Origin: an uncultured virus (IMG/VR IMGVR_UViG_3300036852_000709)
Lineage: Duplodnaviria; Heunggongvirae; Uroviricota; Caudoviricetes
DNA: 64,000 nt
Virus record (IMG/VR): IMGVR_UViG_3300036852_000709
Strand: one strand, 5' to 3'
Every line of letters begins with the position of its first letter. Positions within the stretch are counted from its first letter, which is position 1. The notes beneath the pieces are model-generated. The model did not search any database. It saw nothing but the letters and a program-made list of their open reading frames with translations, and was not told the DNA's origin. The translations under genes were made by a program, and so were the position numbers. Of this stretch, positions 1 to 10,088 are shown piece after piece.

Positions 1-308
1 TGTTCATAAAAGACAAGAACGCCAGAGACGTCGTGCAAGCAACGTCTGTGGCGAAGCTCGCGCTCGGACTGCGCGGGGCGAAGGCGTTCAGCATATCCGG
101 CGAGGTCGACGGCATCATCTCGCACACGGGGCGCGTCTGGACGACGGGCACGATGGCCCGTGTCGTCATTCCAGACGAGCAGATCGATGAGCCCATGTTC
201 GTTTTCGAGCGGGTATTGATGCAGGACCGCGACGCCGGGCAACGAACGAAGATCCGGCTCATTCCAAAGAACGCCTATCAGATAGGCGACATGCCAGAGG
301 GCGGTTAG
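1..308 (+). CDS. Baseplate hub / Mu gp44-like tail protein, C-terminal part (gene starts before the window)
   Basis: Frame open from the window start (FIKDKNARD...). C-terminal pattern 'VDG...GRVWTTGTMARVVIPDEQIDEPMFVFERVL...G.RTKIRL' resembles Mu gp44; lies upstream of spike and wedge genes. Confidence 0.7.
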   Translation, partial: FIKDKNARDVVQATSVAKLALGLRGAKAFSISGEVDGIISHTGRVWTTGTMARVVIPDEQIDEPMFVFERVLMQDRDAGQRTKIRLIPKNAYQIGDMPEGG

Positions 309-526
309 TCCCACGACTGATAATCGATGTCCGCTTGGATCTCGGCTGTGTGCGAGTCGGCGTATTCCAACGCCGCGCCGATCTGCTCCTCCGTCAGGTG
401 CGGATAGACCGCCTTGATGCGTAGGTGCGCACGGCGGCACGTTTCAACGGCCCACACCGTGATCCTCGTGCCATCAATTCGCGCACGACCGCCGCATGTG
501 CCAGGCGTAGCGATAATATACACCAT
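305..526 (-). CDS. DUF433 family protein (winged-helix, antitoxin-like)
   Basis: Signature 'PGTCGGRARIDGTRITV...YPHLTEEQIGAALEY'. Confidence 0.85.
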   Translation of the reverse strand: MVYIIATPGTCGGRARIDGTRITVWAVETCRRAHLRIKAVYPHLTEEQIGAALEYADSHTAEIQADIDYQSWD

Positions 527-529
527 CGC

Positions 530-715
530 TCACCAAGTCTTCGTGAATATGGCCCGCAAAGCCGCGAGTTCATCGTTTAGTTTATCGCATCGGTCCTCTA
601 GCGCTCGAAGACGTTCTCCAATTTCGAGCGCAGTTCCTGGACAGACATCCGCGTGGTCGACCGACGAGTTGTCGTCGAACTGTGTGCCGCAATCTTGGCA
701 TGTGGCTGTTCCCAT
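530..715 (-). CDS. Small hypothetical protein (CxxC, C-terminal coiled coil)
   Basis: 61-aa ORF; ATG lies 6 nt after a TATGGT -10 box (leaderless). Confidence 0.6.
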   Translation of the reverse strand: MGTATCQDCGTQFDDNSSVDHADVCPGTALEIGERLRALEDRCDKLNDELAALRAIFTKTW

Positions 716-721
716 CTCTTA

Positions 722-749
722 ACCATAACCATTCGCGAGCCCACATCAA
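722..749 (-). promoter_or_regulatory. Sigma70-type promoter TTGATG-N16-TATGGT, recurring phage motif
   Basis: Read on the - strand; TGGT precedes the -10; ATG 6 nt downstream. Confidence 0.6.
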
Positions 750-751
750 CC

Positions 752-1267
752 TTGGCAGTCATCGCGCTCTTCTCAAACTTCCGGACCATCTTCTCGGTCA
801 CTGGGACCATCGGCGTCGATGGCTACCCGGCGTGGCCTCTTGCGTCCGTGCGGGCGAGCGGGTTCACGTCGTTCGGGTTGCCAAAGCCGATCGTTCACCT
901 GCCGTTCACCGTGACGGCCAACCCGGCGTCCGCGGGTGCCGTCATTGGCAACGACGACGCGATCATCGGCGTGGACGACTATGACTGGTACGTCTCGCAA
1001 GGAACGGACGTTGCGGCGAAACAACGCCTTGTGGTGACGCAGTACAGCGCCGCGAAGTCGGGCACGATCCAGATCACAGGACAGAAAAGCGTGTACGACC
1101 AGATCATTCCAAAGGCGTCCGCGCTCCAACCACCAGAGGTTCCGCTGCCGGAAGAGACCGCGCTGTTGATGTTCAAGCACGTCACGATCTATGTGCAGAA
1201 GAAAAGCAACAACGCGATCCAGGTCATCCACTTGTACCGCGACTCGTTCTCTAAGTCCGGTCCCTAG
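752..1267 (+). CDS. Hypothetical protein, probably virion structural
   Basis: Probable TTG start at 752; beta-rich composition; + strand between hub and spike. Confidence 0.55.
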   Translation: MAVIALFSNFRTIFSVTGTIGVDGYPAWPLASVRASGFTSFGLPKPIVHLPFTVTANPASAGAVIGNDDAIIGVDDYDWYVSQGTDVAAKQRLVVTQYSAAKSGTIQITGQKSVYDQIIPKASALQPPEVPLPEETALLMFKHVTIYVQKKSNNAIQVIHLYRDSFSKSGP

Positions 1268-1584
1268 GACTTGGGCGCGCACGCGCAGTCTGCGCACATG
1301 CCGACCTTTTGCTCGCCGCCGTCCTGATAGAGACACGACGTCACGCCTGAGCCCTCATTGATGACGCACTGGCCAGCCTCGCACGTGCCATAGGCGCACG
1401 CGCTGTCGATCAGGCAGTCATCGTCAACCGAACACCCCTCCCCGGTTGGACCGCCGCACTGCGCACCGCCTGCACTGCTCACGGGTGAAGCGGCAGAGCC
1501 ACCGCCGCTCGTTGCAGTTTCGTCCTCAACCGACCCGCGGCACCCGAGCCACAACATCGAACAGATCAACGTCGCTATTCTCAT
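1264..1584 (-). CDS. Cys-rich lipoprotein (myxobacterial type)
   Basis: GGAGG RBS; signal peptide with lipobox-like LGC; Gly/Ser linker; CxxDDDC...C...C motif. Confidence 0.7.
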   Translation of the reverse strand: MRIATLICSMLWLGCRGSVEDETATSGGGSAASPVSSAGGAQCGGPTGEGCSVDDDCLIDSACAYGTCEAGQCVINEGSGVTSCLYQDGGEQKVGMCADCACAPKS

Positions 1585-1709
1585 CACAACCTCCACAATC
1601 GCACCATACGCACGTCGCCGAGGAGGCTGCAATACTGACCGGTGGGACATTATAAGGTCGCCTACTAACTGACGTGGCGGCACTGGCCATACTGGTTATA
1701 GTGATCAAC

Positions 1710-2315
1710 ATGTATTGGTTTGAGTCAGACCGCTGCGACCCGATGGTGCGACCCTTGGCGGACAGACACTACAATCGCCAAAGCGTCGGCGCAAAAAACT
1801 TTGCCCCCCCGGGCTCGTGCTATGTTTTGACTACAGTGGAATACGGTGCGTACTGGATCTCATCGTGGCCATTTGCAGAATATGTGAAACACGCGTGGGC
1901 GGGCGCTTGGATTTGCACTGCATTCCGCAATGAGCGCCGTCGACACCCTCTGTCGTCTAGACCGGGGAGGTATCTGTCTAGTGAATTGATCGTGCAGGCC
2001 GTTGCCGCCACGATGCATCAATGGGGCACGCCTCCTCCGTTGGGCATGATCACATTCGTTGATGTGGACGAAACGAAGCCCAAAGAACATCCAGGTAAGT
2101 GTTTCCTGGAGGCTGGGTTTAAGCCTGCCGGGGGATCCAAGGGCGGACTTGTCGCTCTTAAATTAGACCCCGCCGACTTCCCTAACCCAGACGCAGCTCT
2201 CGCTCGCCAGTGCGGCCTATTCGGGGACCGCGTTGGACAGCGGTGGGATGCGGCACTTCTATCTCGTTTGCGCGAGTCGTCCGCGCACGTGGACGTAACG
2301 ACTGTCGCGCCATAA
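1710..2315 (+). CDS. Mom-like / GNAT-fold DNA modification protein (tentative)
   Basis: Motifs 'LADRHYNRQ', 'FRNE', 'SSELI..AVAAT', 'GMITFVD...PGKCFLEAGF'. Leaderless start 7 nt after TGGT-TATAGT (1697-1702). Confidence 0.5.
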   Translation: MYWFESDRCDPMVRPLADRHYNRQSVGAKNFAPPGSCYVLTTVEYGAYWISSWPFAEYVKHAWAGAWICTAFRNERRRHPLSSRPGRYLSSELIVQAVAATMHQWGTPPPLGMITFVDVDETKPKEHPGKCFLEAGFKPAGGSKGGLVALKLDPADFPNPDAALARQCGLFGDRVGQRWDAALLSRLRESSAHVDVTTVAP

Positions 2316-2345
2316 TTCTGCGCCGTCATCAACGCATCGAATACC

Positions 2346-3005
2346 ATGGAAGACCTGGACATCCGACTCGCCGACGTGACAACCTCCGTTGCGGAGAATG
2401 GCGAGGTCACCACCGTGCTCGGACGAACCGAGACGGGCAAGGGCATCACTCGCGGCGTTGTGTACGGGAGCGGACCAGCGTTCGTGTCGCAGCCCAACGA
2501 TCCGAGCGAGGACGGGGCATGCCGCGCGCTTTACATGGTCGAAGGGCAGACCGTGCGCGTATTCGCGATGAGCGATAACCGGTTCAACTCGCAAGCGGGC
2601 ACGCTCGCGAACGGCGACGCCGCGATCGTATCCGACTGCGACGCAAGGTTCTTGCTGAAGCGCGAGGGGAACTCGGTCACGCTCTACACCGTCAACGAGA
2701 AGGATGACCTTAACTCAGTTATGGTCCACCTCAACGGGAAGGATGGGGAGATCCTCATCCTGAACGGCGGTGCGAAGGTTAGCCTCGAGACAGACCGGAT
2801 CGTGCTCGCGGTGAACGGCGGTGGCTCAATCGTGATTGACGAGAACGGCGTCACGATCGGCGGCAAGGAGTTCCACGCGGATTGCGGAGGCGGAACGTTT
2901 GGGCTCATCGGTGGCCAGCGACCTCCGCCGATCCTGAATTCCGTGCTCTACGGACCCAATGGGCAGATCGGTGTAGCGTCGACAACGTGGACGATATCGC
3001 CGTAG
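2346..3005 (+). CDS. Baseplate spike / assembly protein (Mu gp45 / GpV-like)
   Basis: 'DNRF....LANGDAAI' followed by short beta-strand repeats; position between hub and wedge. Confidence 0.7.
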   Translation: MEDLDIRLADVTTSVAENGEVTTVLGRTETGKGITRGVVYGSGPAFVSQPNDPSEDGACRALYMVEGQTVRVFAMSDNRFNSQAGTLANGDAAIVSDCDARFLLKREGNSVTLYTVNEKDDLNSVMVHLNGKDGEILILNGGAKVSLETDRIVLAVNGGGSIVIDENGVTIGGKEFHADCGGGTFGLIGGQRPPPILNSVLYGPNGQIGVASTTWTISP

Positions 3006-3008
3006 TGC

Positions 3009-3359
3009 CTAACTCTCCGCGGGCAGAGGATGCCTCCCTCTCCACCATTTGCGCCACAGTGGATACGCGAGGAACACGCCGCAGCCGACAAGCGCGGACC
3101 ACGCGCCGACCGCCACGAAATAGAAAAACCAAGCGGCCTCCTTTGCCAGAAAGAACCACGTGGACAGCCGATGACACTCCACCGACGGGACTGGCCTCGC
3201 CGCCTCACGCTCCCGCATGCGCTCAACAATCGACGCGTGGCAAAACCCGCAGAACACAGCCAGAGCGCCTACCAACTCCACGCCTCGGAATCCAGTCAGC
3301 GCCCACGTGCCCAGGAGCACTGCCGCCACAACGCCGTTTTCGACGTGCCAAGTCTTCAC
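3009..3359 (-). CDS. Membrane protein, hypothetical
   Basis: Probable GTG start overlapping the upstream stop; several hydrophobic segments. Confidence 0.6.
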   Translation of the reverse strand: MKTWHVENGVVAAVLLGTWALTGFRGVELVGALAVFCGFCHASIVERMREREAARPVPSVECHRLSTWFFLAKEAAWFFYFVAVGAWSALVGCGVFLAYPLWRKWWRGRHPLPAES

Positions 3360-3904
3360 CACCAAAACCTCCCAATGACTGATGGTTCCCAACTCGCGCC
3401 CGTCCACGCGAGTGTGTCCACGTAACGGACGGAACACGATGCGCCGATAGCGAGCACGCGGTTGGTGTAGTAGGCTACGCTCAGATTGGCGGACGGAAAC
3501 AGGCCCACATAGCGCAGACAGAGGCCCCAATCGTTGCAGACGGGGATCCGACCGACGCTGGCCGCGAACGCGAGCGAGACCGCTACGGGACCCGACCATG
3601 GGCGCGCGCTCCCGCTCACCGTCGGGCCTCCGAGGATGCCAATCCAGCGAGTCTCGCTGCCGAAGCCGAACGCCCCGAACTCTGCCCCAACCGCGACGTC
3701 GCCCACGTCACTGAGCAGCCACGTGTGCCGCGCCGCCGCGAGAGGCATGAGCCCGCCAGTGGCGCGCTCGCCGCCAAGCACGACGTAGGCTGCGCGCACA
3801 TCGATCTCCAAGCGTCGAGCGAGGTCACCGACTTGTGCAACCGCAGGACTGTGGCCGAGGACGCCTGCCGACACCAGGCAGATAGCCCACCACCTCATTG
3901 CCAA
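3356..3904 (-). CDS. Small outer-membrane beta-barrel-like protein
   Basis: N-terminal signal peptide; amphipathic beta-strands; aromatic C-terminus (GRFWW). Confidence 0.55.
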   Translation of the reverse strand: MAMRWWAICLVSAGVLGHSPAVAQVGDLARRLEIDVRAAYVVLGGERATGGLMPLAAARHTWLLSDVGDVAVGAEFGAFGFGSETRWIGILGGPTVSGSARPWSGPVAVSLAFAASVGRIPVCNDWGLCLRYVGLFPSANLSVAYYTNRVLAIGASCSVRYVDTLAWTGASWEPSVIGRFWW

Positions 3905-4575
3905 TCACCTCCGCTTGATGCCGCGACGGACGATGCGCCAATCGGAGCATCGGGGCATCCCCAATCAGCACCGAGCGCGCACAGCGTTGGAAGAATGGCC
4001 TCGAGCACGATCAGGCCACCAGGAAGCGGAGGCGGAACTGGTGAGCCGATAAGCGCCTTGATGATGTCGTCCGTGGTTAGTAGTTCGATCCGGTTAGCGT
4101 CGCCCTGATTGACCGACGTCTTGTCGAGCGCTTCGGCGGTTACTTGATCGGGCTCGAAACCAACGTCTGGCACACCGCGGCATGTTCCCCAGATGCCATT
4201 CGGGTTGGTCATGTCGTTCTGCTTTCGCGCACGAGAGGCTCGGTCATCTGCCTCCGCCTCGAAACACTGAAGATACGTGAGGGACGTTGCTCCCATACAC
4301 AGCGCGATATCCTCTGCAAGGACATAGAACGCAGTCCACCAATCATCAGACAGGCCGAATCCCTTGCACTCAATCTTGCCGATTTGCCTGCTCGTGCCCA
4401 ACCTTTCAAGGTATTGCCTCACGCGCTCGCGCAGGGCCCACTCCTGAAGCTTTTGCACCACATCGGGAGGCATCGCCTGTATTCGCGCGCGAAGGTCGTC
4501 CATGTCGCCACCGTCTGGCACGGAGCAGGCACACAAGCCGACGAGCATGGCGAGAGCGGCAACGAGTACCCTCAC
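3895..4575 (-). CDS. Lipoprotein, hypothetical
   Basis: Signal peptide with lipobox-like LCAC; several Cys. Confidence 0.6.
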   Translation of the reverse strand: MRVLVAALAMLVGLCACSVPDGGDMDDLRARIQAMPPDVVQKLQEWALRERVRQYLERLGTSRQIGKIECKGFGLSDDWWTAFYVLAEDIALCMGATSLTYLQCFEAEADDRASRARKQNDMTNPNGIWGTCRGVPDVGFEPDQVTAEALDKTSVNQGDANRIELLTTDDIIKALIGSPVPPPLPGGLIVLEAILPTLCALGADWGCPDAPIGASSVAASSGGDWQ

Positions 4576-5167
4576 GACGACTCACCGTACACGTCGCCCG
4601 CGTGTATGCAGTTTTTGACCAGCCAAGCCGCCGCAATGCACGAGAGAACGCCGCCATGGCTGGCGCGCCGCCAGACGACCACTCGATGACAGGCGCATCT
4701 TCATCATCCCGCAAGGACACGAATCCGCGCGCCCTGGTTTCCGCGGGAGATGGCCATGTGCCAGGATCGTCGAGAGCGACCACGAAGGCCATCTCGCCGC
4801 CGTCCTCACTTCCCTCGAACATGCATTCTTTAGCGCACAGCGCGCGAAGCGTTGGCCCGATGCGCCATAGCCTGCACGCGGGGAGATTCATCAGGTCGTT
4901 ATTCATGATGCACCACGCGTGAACCAAATGAACCCAACGCACAGGCGCAACTCCCCGCCCTCGCCGCCAATGTAAACCAGGTGGCGCTTGCGCACTTGCA
5001 GAAGGCTCGCTCCTTGGACGTGCAGCTCGTTGGTTTTTCTGCGAAAGGCCTGCGCGGCGATGACTGACGGCCATCCTCGGTACATCAGACGCCCGAGTTT
5101 GAGCCCGAAAAAGTCAGCACCGGCAAAGTCGAAGTGGTCAATAATATTGATCGGCATGGTCATTTGT

Positions 5168-5410
5168 TCACCTTGGTTGCAGCACAAGTCGTAGCACGCT
5201 GCTGTGTTCATCAATAAATCGGTCAGACCGTAATGTTTCGCGCAGAGAAATCAGGATCGACACCCCTTCGATGTTTCCATCGTCTCGACGCAGCACATCT
5301 TCTATCGCTGCGAGGAGTCCAGCGCGCCATGTTCGCTGATTGTCAGACGGACCACGCACATACTCCCGCACAATGTCAGCTATCCCGCATGCATACTCAG
5401 TGTCTCCCAT
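5168..5410 (-). CDS. Hypothetical protein
   Basis: 80-aa ORF heading a - strand cluster. Confidence 0.5.
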   Translation of the reverse strand: MGDTEYACGIADIVREYVRGPSDNQRTWRAGLLAAIEDVLRRDDGNIEGVSILISLRETLRSDRFIDEHSSVLRLVLQPR

Positions 5411-5466
5411 GTGTATATAGATGCCGTTCGTCAGCGAAGTGATCGCGCCAGGCTATCTTTATTGCC

Positions 5467-5784
5467 ATGCCCTGCAAGTTCCTCCCGTTCTCGCTGTCGT
5501 TGCCCAGCCCTGGCCTGCCAGGTCTTCTACCGGCGCTGCCGCCACTCGGATTGCCATCGGCCAACCTCGGCATTCCAGCGAAACTTGTGCCGTTTTCACT
5601 GTCGCTGCCGAGCCCAGCGATCCCTAGCCTGCTCCCGACGTTGCCCCCGCTTGGTCTGCCGACCGCGGACCTAGGCATCCCCACGAAGTTCATCCCGCTC
5701 TCGATCTCACTGCCAACGCCGGCCATCCCCTCACTCCTGCCCACCCTGCCGTCGTTCGCGCCGCCTACCTGCCCGATCGATTGA
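5467..5784 (+). CDS. Pro/Leu-rich protein with three 35-aa tandem repeats
   Basis: 105-nt period (units start about 5476, 5581, 5686); many differences fall at third codon positions in this frame. Confidence 0.7.
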   Translation: MPCKFLPFSLSLPSPGLPGLLPALPPLGLPSANLGIPAKLVPFSLSLPSPAIPSLLPTLPPLGLPTADLGIPTKFIPLSISLPTPAIPSLLPTLPSFAPPTCPID

Positions 5785-5785
5785 G

Positions 5786-7830
5786 TCAGTGGCAACTTCG
5801 CCGGATTGCGGGAATCACGGCGGCTGGATTAACCTCAGTCTGGTCGAAAACGATCCCGGTATAGGCATAGGTGACACGCGCGTGCCTGCCCTCAAACACC
5901 GCGACATCGCCAAGTTGTCTATACAGACATAACACCGAAAGCGGGTGAGCGTCTTGCGTAATGGACGGGTACACTTTCGTACCAACGACCGACGGAGACA
6001 TCCACGCCTCGTTGCCATTCGGCAGGAGCCCGATCTCTGCATCCGGATATGCGGCCTTCACCGCGCGCGCCCGCGCGAGCAGACCCCCCAACTCGGCGAT
6101 CTTCTCGTCGACTGTCATTTGTTCCTCGGCACGAGAGACATCTTCACATCGCACTCAGTGACCACGCCGTGATTGATAATCAGGCCCGTGTGCGAGTCAC
6201 CGCTCTCCCACACGAATACGACCTCGACTCGGCCGTTGATCATCGGCGCTATCCGCTCAACAAGCGACTCTTGATAGAACTTGGCGCTGCGTTCGCCGGA
6301 CCACCAGAACTTGCGCAAACGAACGCGGTTCCCCTCTCGCTCATAGCAATCGTCGTACGCAAGAAACGAGCATTCAGGCAGGCCATTGCGCAACTCATCG
6401 CGCAGTCGATGAAAGTCGTCGGCCCACATCCACGCGTTGAGGACAAGCGCATTGGTGCTGGTGATGTTGTAACTCACGCTGTCATCCTCGCCCGTTCCGC
6501 CTTGCCCATTTCAATGCCGCGCAGGATCGCTGATTCGACTCCGCCATCAGTCGAGTTTGCGGCACGCCGCTCGAGCTTTTCGAGATCTTCGCCACGGAGC
6601 GCCTTGTGCCATGCTCGCGTCTCTAACTTCGACAAGTAGTCGATCCGCTCTTCTCCTGTGGAGATGGATGGCTTCTTCCCCTTCCGTCTCTTGGCAGGCC
6701 GCACCCAAGCCACGGCTTTATCAGCGTCTCGCTCGTGGCACCAAACGAAGTGGCCAGCGCCATGCTTGAGCGTGAACCACGGACACATTTTTGGCGCGCC
6801 ATTCTTTGATTTGCCATCCTCTCGCTCGCCAACCCACATTGACGAGACATAGAACGTGGACGACTCGCCCTCATCAGGCTCCCATCGGTGAGCCCACCCG
6901 AACTCAGAGCGCCCAACATCGACGAGCCATCCGCGGACTCCCGTCTGCCGCATGACACGCCAATGGTGCTCGCCGCTGGCACGCCCATGCGTATCGAGCA
7001 GGATCTTGGTCTTGTCCGCACGCACGCCTCGCATGTGCGAATACGGCGGCGGGCCAACTCCTGAGCCTATCCAATCGAGGCTGACGTATTCCTCAACCTC
7101 GCCCGAGTCGGCGATGAAGAACGATGGGCCGTTCCGGTGAACGGCGCGTCCTTCGCCGAGCGTCGGATGACAGGCGCGGTCGACCGTTTGACGGGGACCA
7201 ATGGCGGGAGCGGTCATTGCTCAGAGCCCACAGCAACGATCGCTGCCACCAATGCCGCGCGATGCTCATCCGACAGACGCGCGAACACCTTGTCAATTGG
7301 CGCGAGAAGGACTCGGGATGAATCCAGTGGGTTTTGCTGCAAGACGTCCGCACAGCCGCTGCTACATCGCAGGACTAGAGATATCTCGTGCGATTTTGGG
7401 TGACTAGTTGCGTCAATAGACAGGTTTGGGCAATTTTTGACAAGGCCGGAAGCGATAACCGTCCCGTATCCGGGCCATGCCCGCGCGTACGCCGCGTCTG
7501 GGAATCGCGCCGCGATGTCCTCAGCCTCGGCCAATCTAGCACGTCGCTCGCCCACCAACTCATCAATGCCCATCACTTCGCCTCCCTAACGTAGAACCGC
7601 ACATCCCGCTCGGCGGTCACGGTGAAACGCCTCACGACACCATCGTCCGCGACGTGAATCTGCTGCGCTGCAGGATAGTCCGCCTCGTAATAGCGCCGCT
7701 CCCCGAAGACGTCGGCGGCGTCCTCCGCGTCGTATGCATCGACGCTGGATGCGTCATCACCGCTCGCCCCATCGTCCGGGCACCAGACTAAGAAACTCCG
7801 CCGCCTCAGCGGCATGCACGCAGCCACATC
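5786..7830 (-). CDS. Cluster of five small hypothetical genes (about 5786-6118, 6115-6477, 6474-7217, 7214-7576, 7573-7830)
   Basis: Overlapping stop/start junctions indicate a translationally coupled operon. Confidence 0.65.
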
Positions 7831-7844
7831 GCCACCTCTCACGG

Positions 7845-7872
7845 ACCATAACCACCCATGGCACTCACGCAA
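7845..7872 (-). promoter_or_regulatory. Promoter TTGCGT-N16-TATGGT (recurring motif)
   Basis: Same architecture as 722-749; overlaps the start of the divergent + strand gene at 7858. Confidence 0.6.
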
Positions 7873-8175
7873 GGCACGGTCACTGTTTCGGCAAACGGAA
7901 CGGTCGGAGGTGCAGGAGCAGCCCGCAGCCTCTACAACATCCTCGAGGCTACCGCAAACGCGTCAATTCCTGGCGGCATTCCGGCAGGTAGCACGGGCTA
8001 CAAGATCAAGATCGGTATGGCCAACCAGGCAAACGATTTTGCGCAGTGGATGGTTGAGGAGATCACGCTGAACGCGAAGGCAACGATCGCGGCTGCGTCA
8101 ATCGCTGTGACCGTCGATCCAATAACGCACGCCGGGGTCGCTCCACCTGCGCCAGTCCTCGCCTCTATCATCTAG
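7858..8175 (+). CDS. Small baseplate/spike-associated structural protein (tentative)
   Basis: Ala/Gly/Thr-rich; directly precedes wedge genes. Confidence 0.5.
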   Translation: MALTQGTVTVSANGTVGGAGAARSLYNILEATANASIPGGIPAGSTGYKIKIGMANQANDFAQWMVEEITLNAKATIAAASIAVTVDPITHAGVAPPAPVLASII

Positions 8176-8208
8176 TCGTGCCATGCCCGCCACCAACGAG
8201 ACAGACAA

Positions 8209-8610
8209 TTGAGCTACGGCACAGGCCCGTTCGGGAGCAGTCTTGGATTCACGATCCCATCGCCCGATCCAGAGAACCATTCGCCCCTGCGTTCGTCACG
8301 CAGGATCGACGGCCGAACGAGGCGATACGTAATCGACGACCTCGGTGGTTTCGAGGGCATGAACGACACGGCGCAACGTGTCCTGCTCCTCGTGTCGTTC
8401 GAGGTGAGGCGCACGCCGTTGCTCACGGATCGCTCGCTCGAGGAAACGAAGCAGCGGATCACGAAGGCGCTCAAGCCGCTCACCGATGGCGCCGAGCCGT
8501 ACATCAATAAACTCCAAGTCAGCGTCAGCCACGACAAGAAAGAAACGAGTTACATCGCCGTGTCATTCTTCGATCTGCGCCGCAACGAGAGCGCTGGGGT
8601 CCAGGTCTAG
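8209..8610 (+). CDS. Baseplate wedge protein (gp25 / GpW / Mu gp46-like)
   Basis: 'AQRVLL...KQRITKALKPL...I..LQVSV' pattern; immediately upstream of baseplate J. Confidence 0.65.
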   Translation: MSYGTGPFGSSLGFTIPSPDPENHSPLRSSRRIDGRTRRYVIDDLGGFEGMNDTAQRVLLLVSFEVRRTPLLTDRSLEETKQRITKALKPLTDGAEPYINKLQVSVSHDKKETSYIAVSFFDLRRNESAGVQV

Positions 8611-10073
8611 TGGCGACGTTTCCAGTTAGCGACGCAGCGTACCCGACGCCCGATGAGATACGCGATATCATTCTCGCGGCCATTGCGTTTGCGTACGCGA
8701 CCGAGGGTGTCGTAGCGAACGTGCTGCCCGGGTCTGACCACTACATCCGGGCGACAGGATACGCCGACCAACTCTCGATCCCGATCCAAAACAACAAGCT
8801 CGCGCTTGCGGCGATATCTCCGCTTACAGCATCGGGCGACGACCTTGTGACGCTCGCGGCCGTGTTCGGCGTTGCGAAGCGCCCAGCCGTTGGGTCCTCA
8901 GGCTTGGTCATCATTCGGACCACTGGCACGGTCACCATACCCGCCGGCTATCAGTGCACAGCGGCCAACGGGCTCAAATATCAGACCGTCACGATTGAGA
9001 CGGAGCCTAACCTTGGCAAGGTGCTCATCCAAGCGGTGGGCACTGGCATCGCCACCAACCTTGCTGCGGGCGCGCAGGTCAAGTGGGACGCGTCGACCGT
9101 TGGCGGATTGAAGCCAGTCGCCAATGTCGACATTGGCGGCATCGACGGTGGGGCAGAGGCAGACACGGACGAGACGCTACGCAGGCGCCTATTAAACCGT
9201 CTTGCATTCCCAGGCGTGGGTGGGAACTCAGCGCAAGTCATACAGCTCGCGGAAGGGGCGTCCGCGGGCATTGAGTACGCCTTCGTCTACCCAGCCGCAC
9301 GTGGGCCAGGTTCGTACGACGTAGCGATCACGATCGCGGACGGGGACCGCACGGCCAGCGTCCTCCTGCAATCCCAGGCAGCCGGCGCGATCGTAGCCCA
9401 ACTCCCAGGGCACACGAGCCTCAACCTGACGTCTGTATCGAAGCAGGAAGTAGACATCGTATTCGAGGCGACGCTGCCTTATCCAGCCAATGCCGGGGGC
9501 CCTGGCGGCGGATGGCGCGACGGGGTTCCGTGGCCGACCGAGATCACCAAGATCACGAGCCTCGCACTTCCAGCGGTCATCGTCGATGCCACCGTATCGC
9601 CCGTAATCGGCCAAAACATTGGCATGTGGGACAACGTTGCGCAGGTCATGCGCGAGTACACGATCACGGATGTAGGCGGAGGTCCAGGGGCCTACGAGAT
9701 AGAGGTCCAAGGCGGGTTTCAGGGCGACTTCGCGGCAGGATCTTTCATAAGCGCGGGCGCAGTCGGACTCACCCAATACGCGACGGCAGCGCTGGCAGAG
9801 TTCAATAAACTAGGGCCTGGCGAGAAGACCGACAACCCAGACATCCTACCTCGCGGGCGACGCACGCCGAGCGCAGATGTTCTCGCACCACCGAACATCG
9901 GGAGCCGCATCATCACCGGTATTGAGTCGCAGTTCTCGGAGATCGAATTGACGTACGCCGCGCGCTACGTCACTGGGTCCACGACGACGATCACGGGGCC
10001 TAGCCTTCCGCCGAGCACGAGCGACCCACCGCGGATTATCGTGCTCAAGCATTTGGCTTTCACAGCACCTTAA
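8610..10073 (+). CDS. Baseplate J / Mu gp47 family protein
   Basis: 'PLTASGDDL..LAAVFGVAKRPA', 'GGAEADTDETLRRRLL', 'GGN', 'AFVYP..RGPGS.DV'. Confidence 0.92.
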   Translation: MATFPVSDAAYPTPDEIRDIILAAIAFAYATEGVVANVLPGSDHYIRATGYADQLSIPIQNNKLALAAISPLTASGDDLVTLAAVFGVAKRPAVGSSGLVIIRTTGTVTIPAGYQCTAANGLKYQTVTIETEPNLGKVLIQAVGTGIATNLAAGAQVKWDASTVGGLKPVANVDIGGIDGGAEADTDETLRRRLLNRLAFPGVGGNSAQVIQLAEGASAGIEYAFVYPAARGPGSYDVAITIADGDRTASVLLQSQAAGAIVAQLPGHTSLNLTSVSKQEVDIVFEATLPYPANAGGPGGGWRDGVPWPTEITKITSLALPAVIVDATVSPVIGQNIGMWDNVAQVMREYTITDVGGGPGAYEIEVQGGFQGDFAAGSFISAGAVGLTQYATAALAEFNKLGPGEKTDNPDILPRGRRTPSADVLAPPNIGSRIITGIESQFSEIELTYAARYVTGSTTTITGPSLPPSTSDPPRIIVLKHLAFTAP

Positions 10074-10088
10074 CGAATAGCGAGTTCA

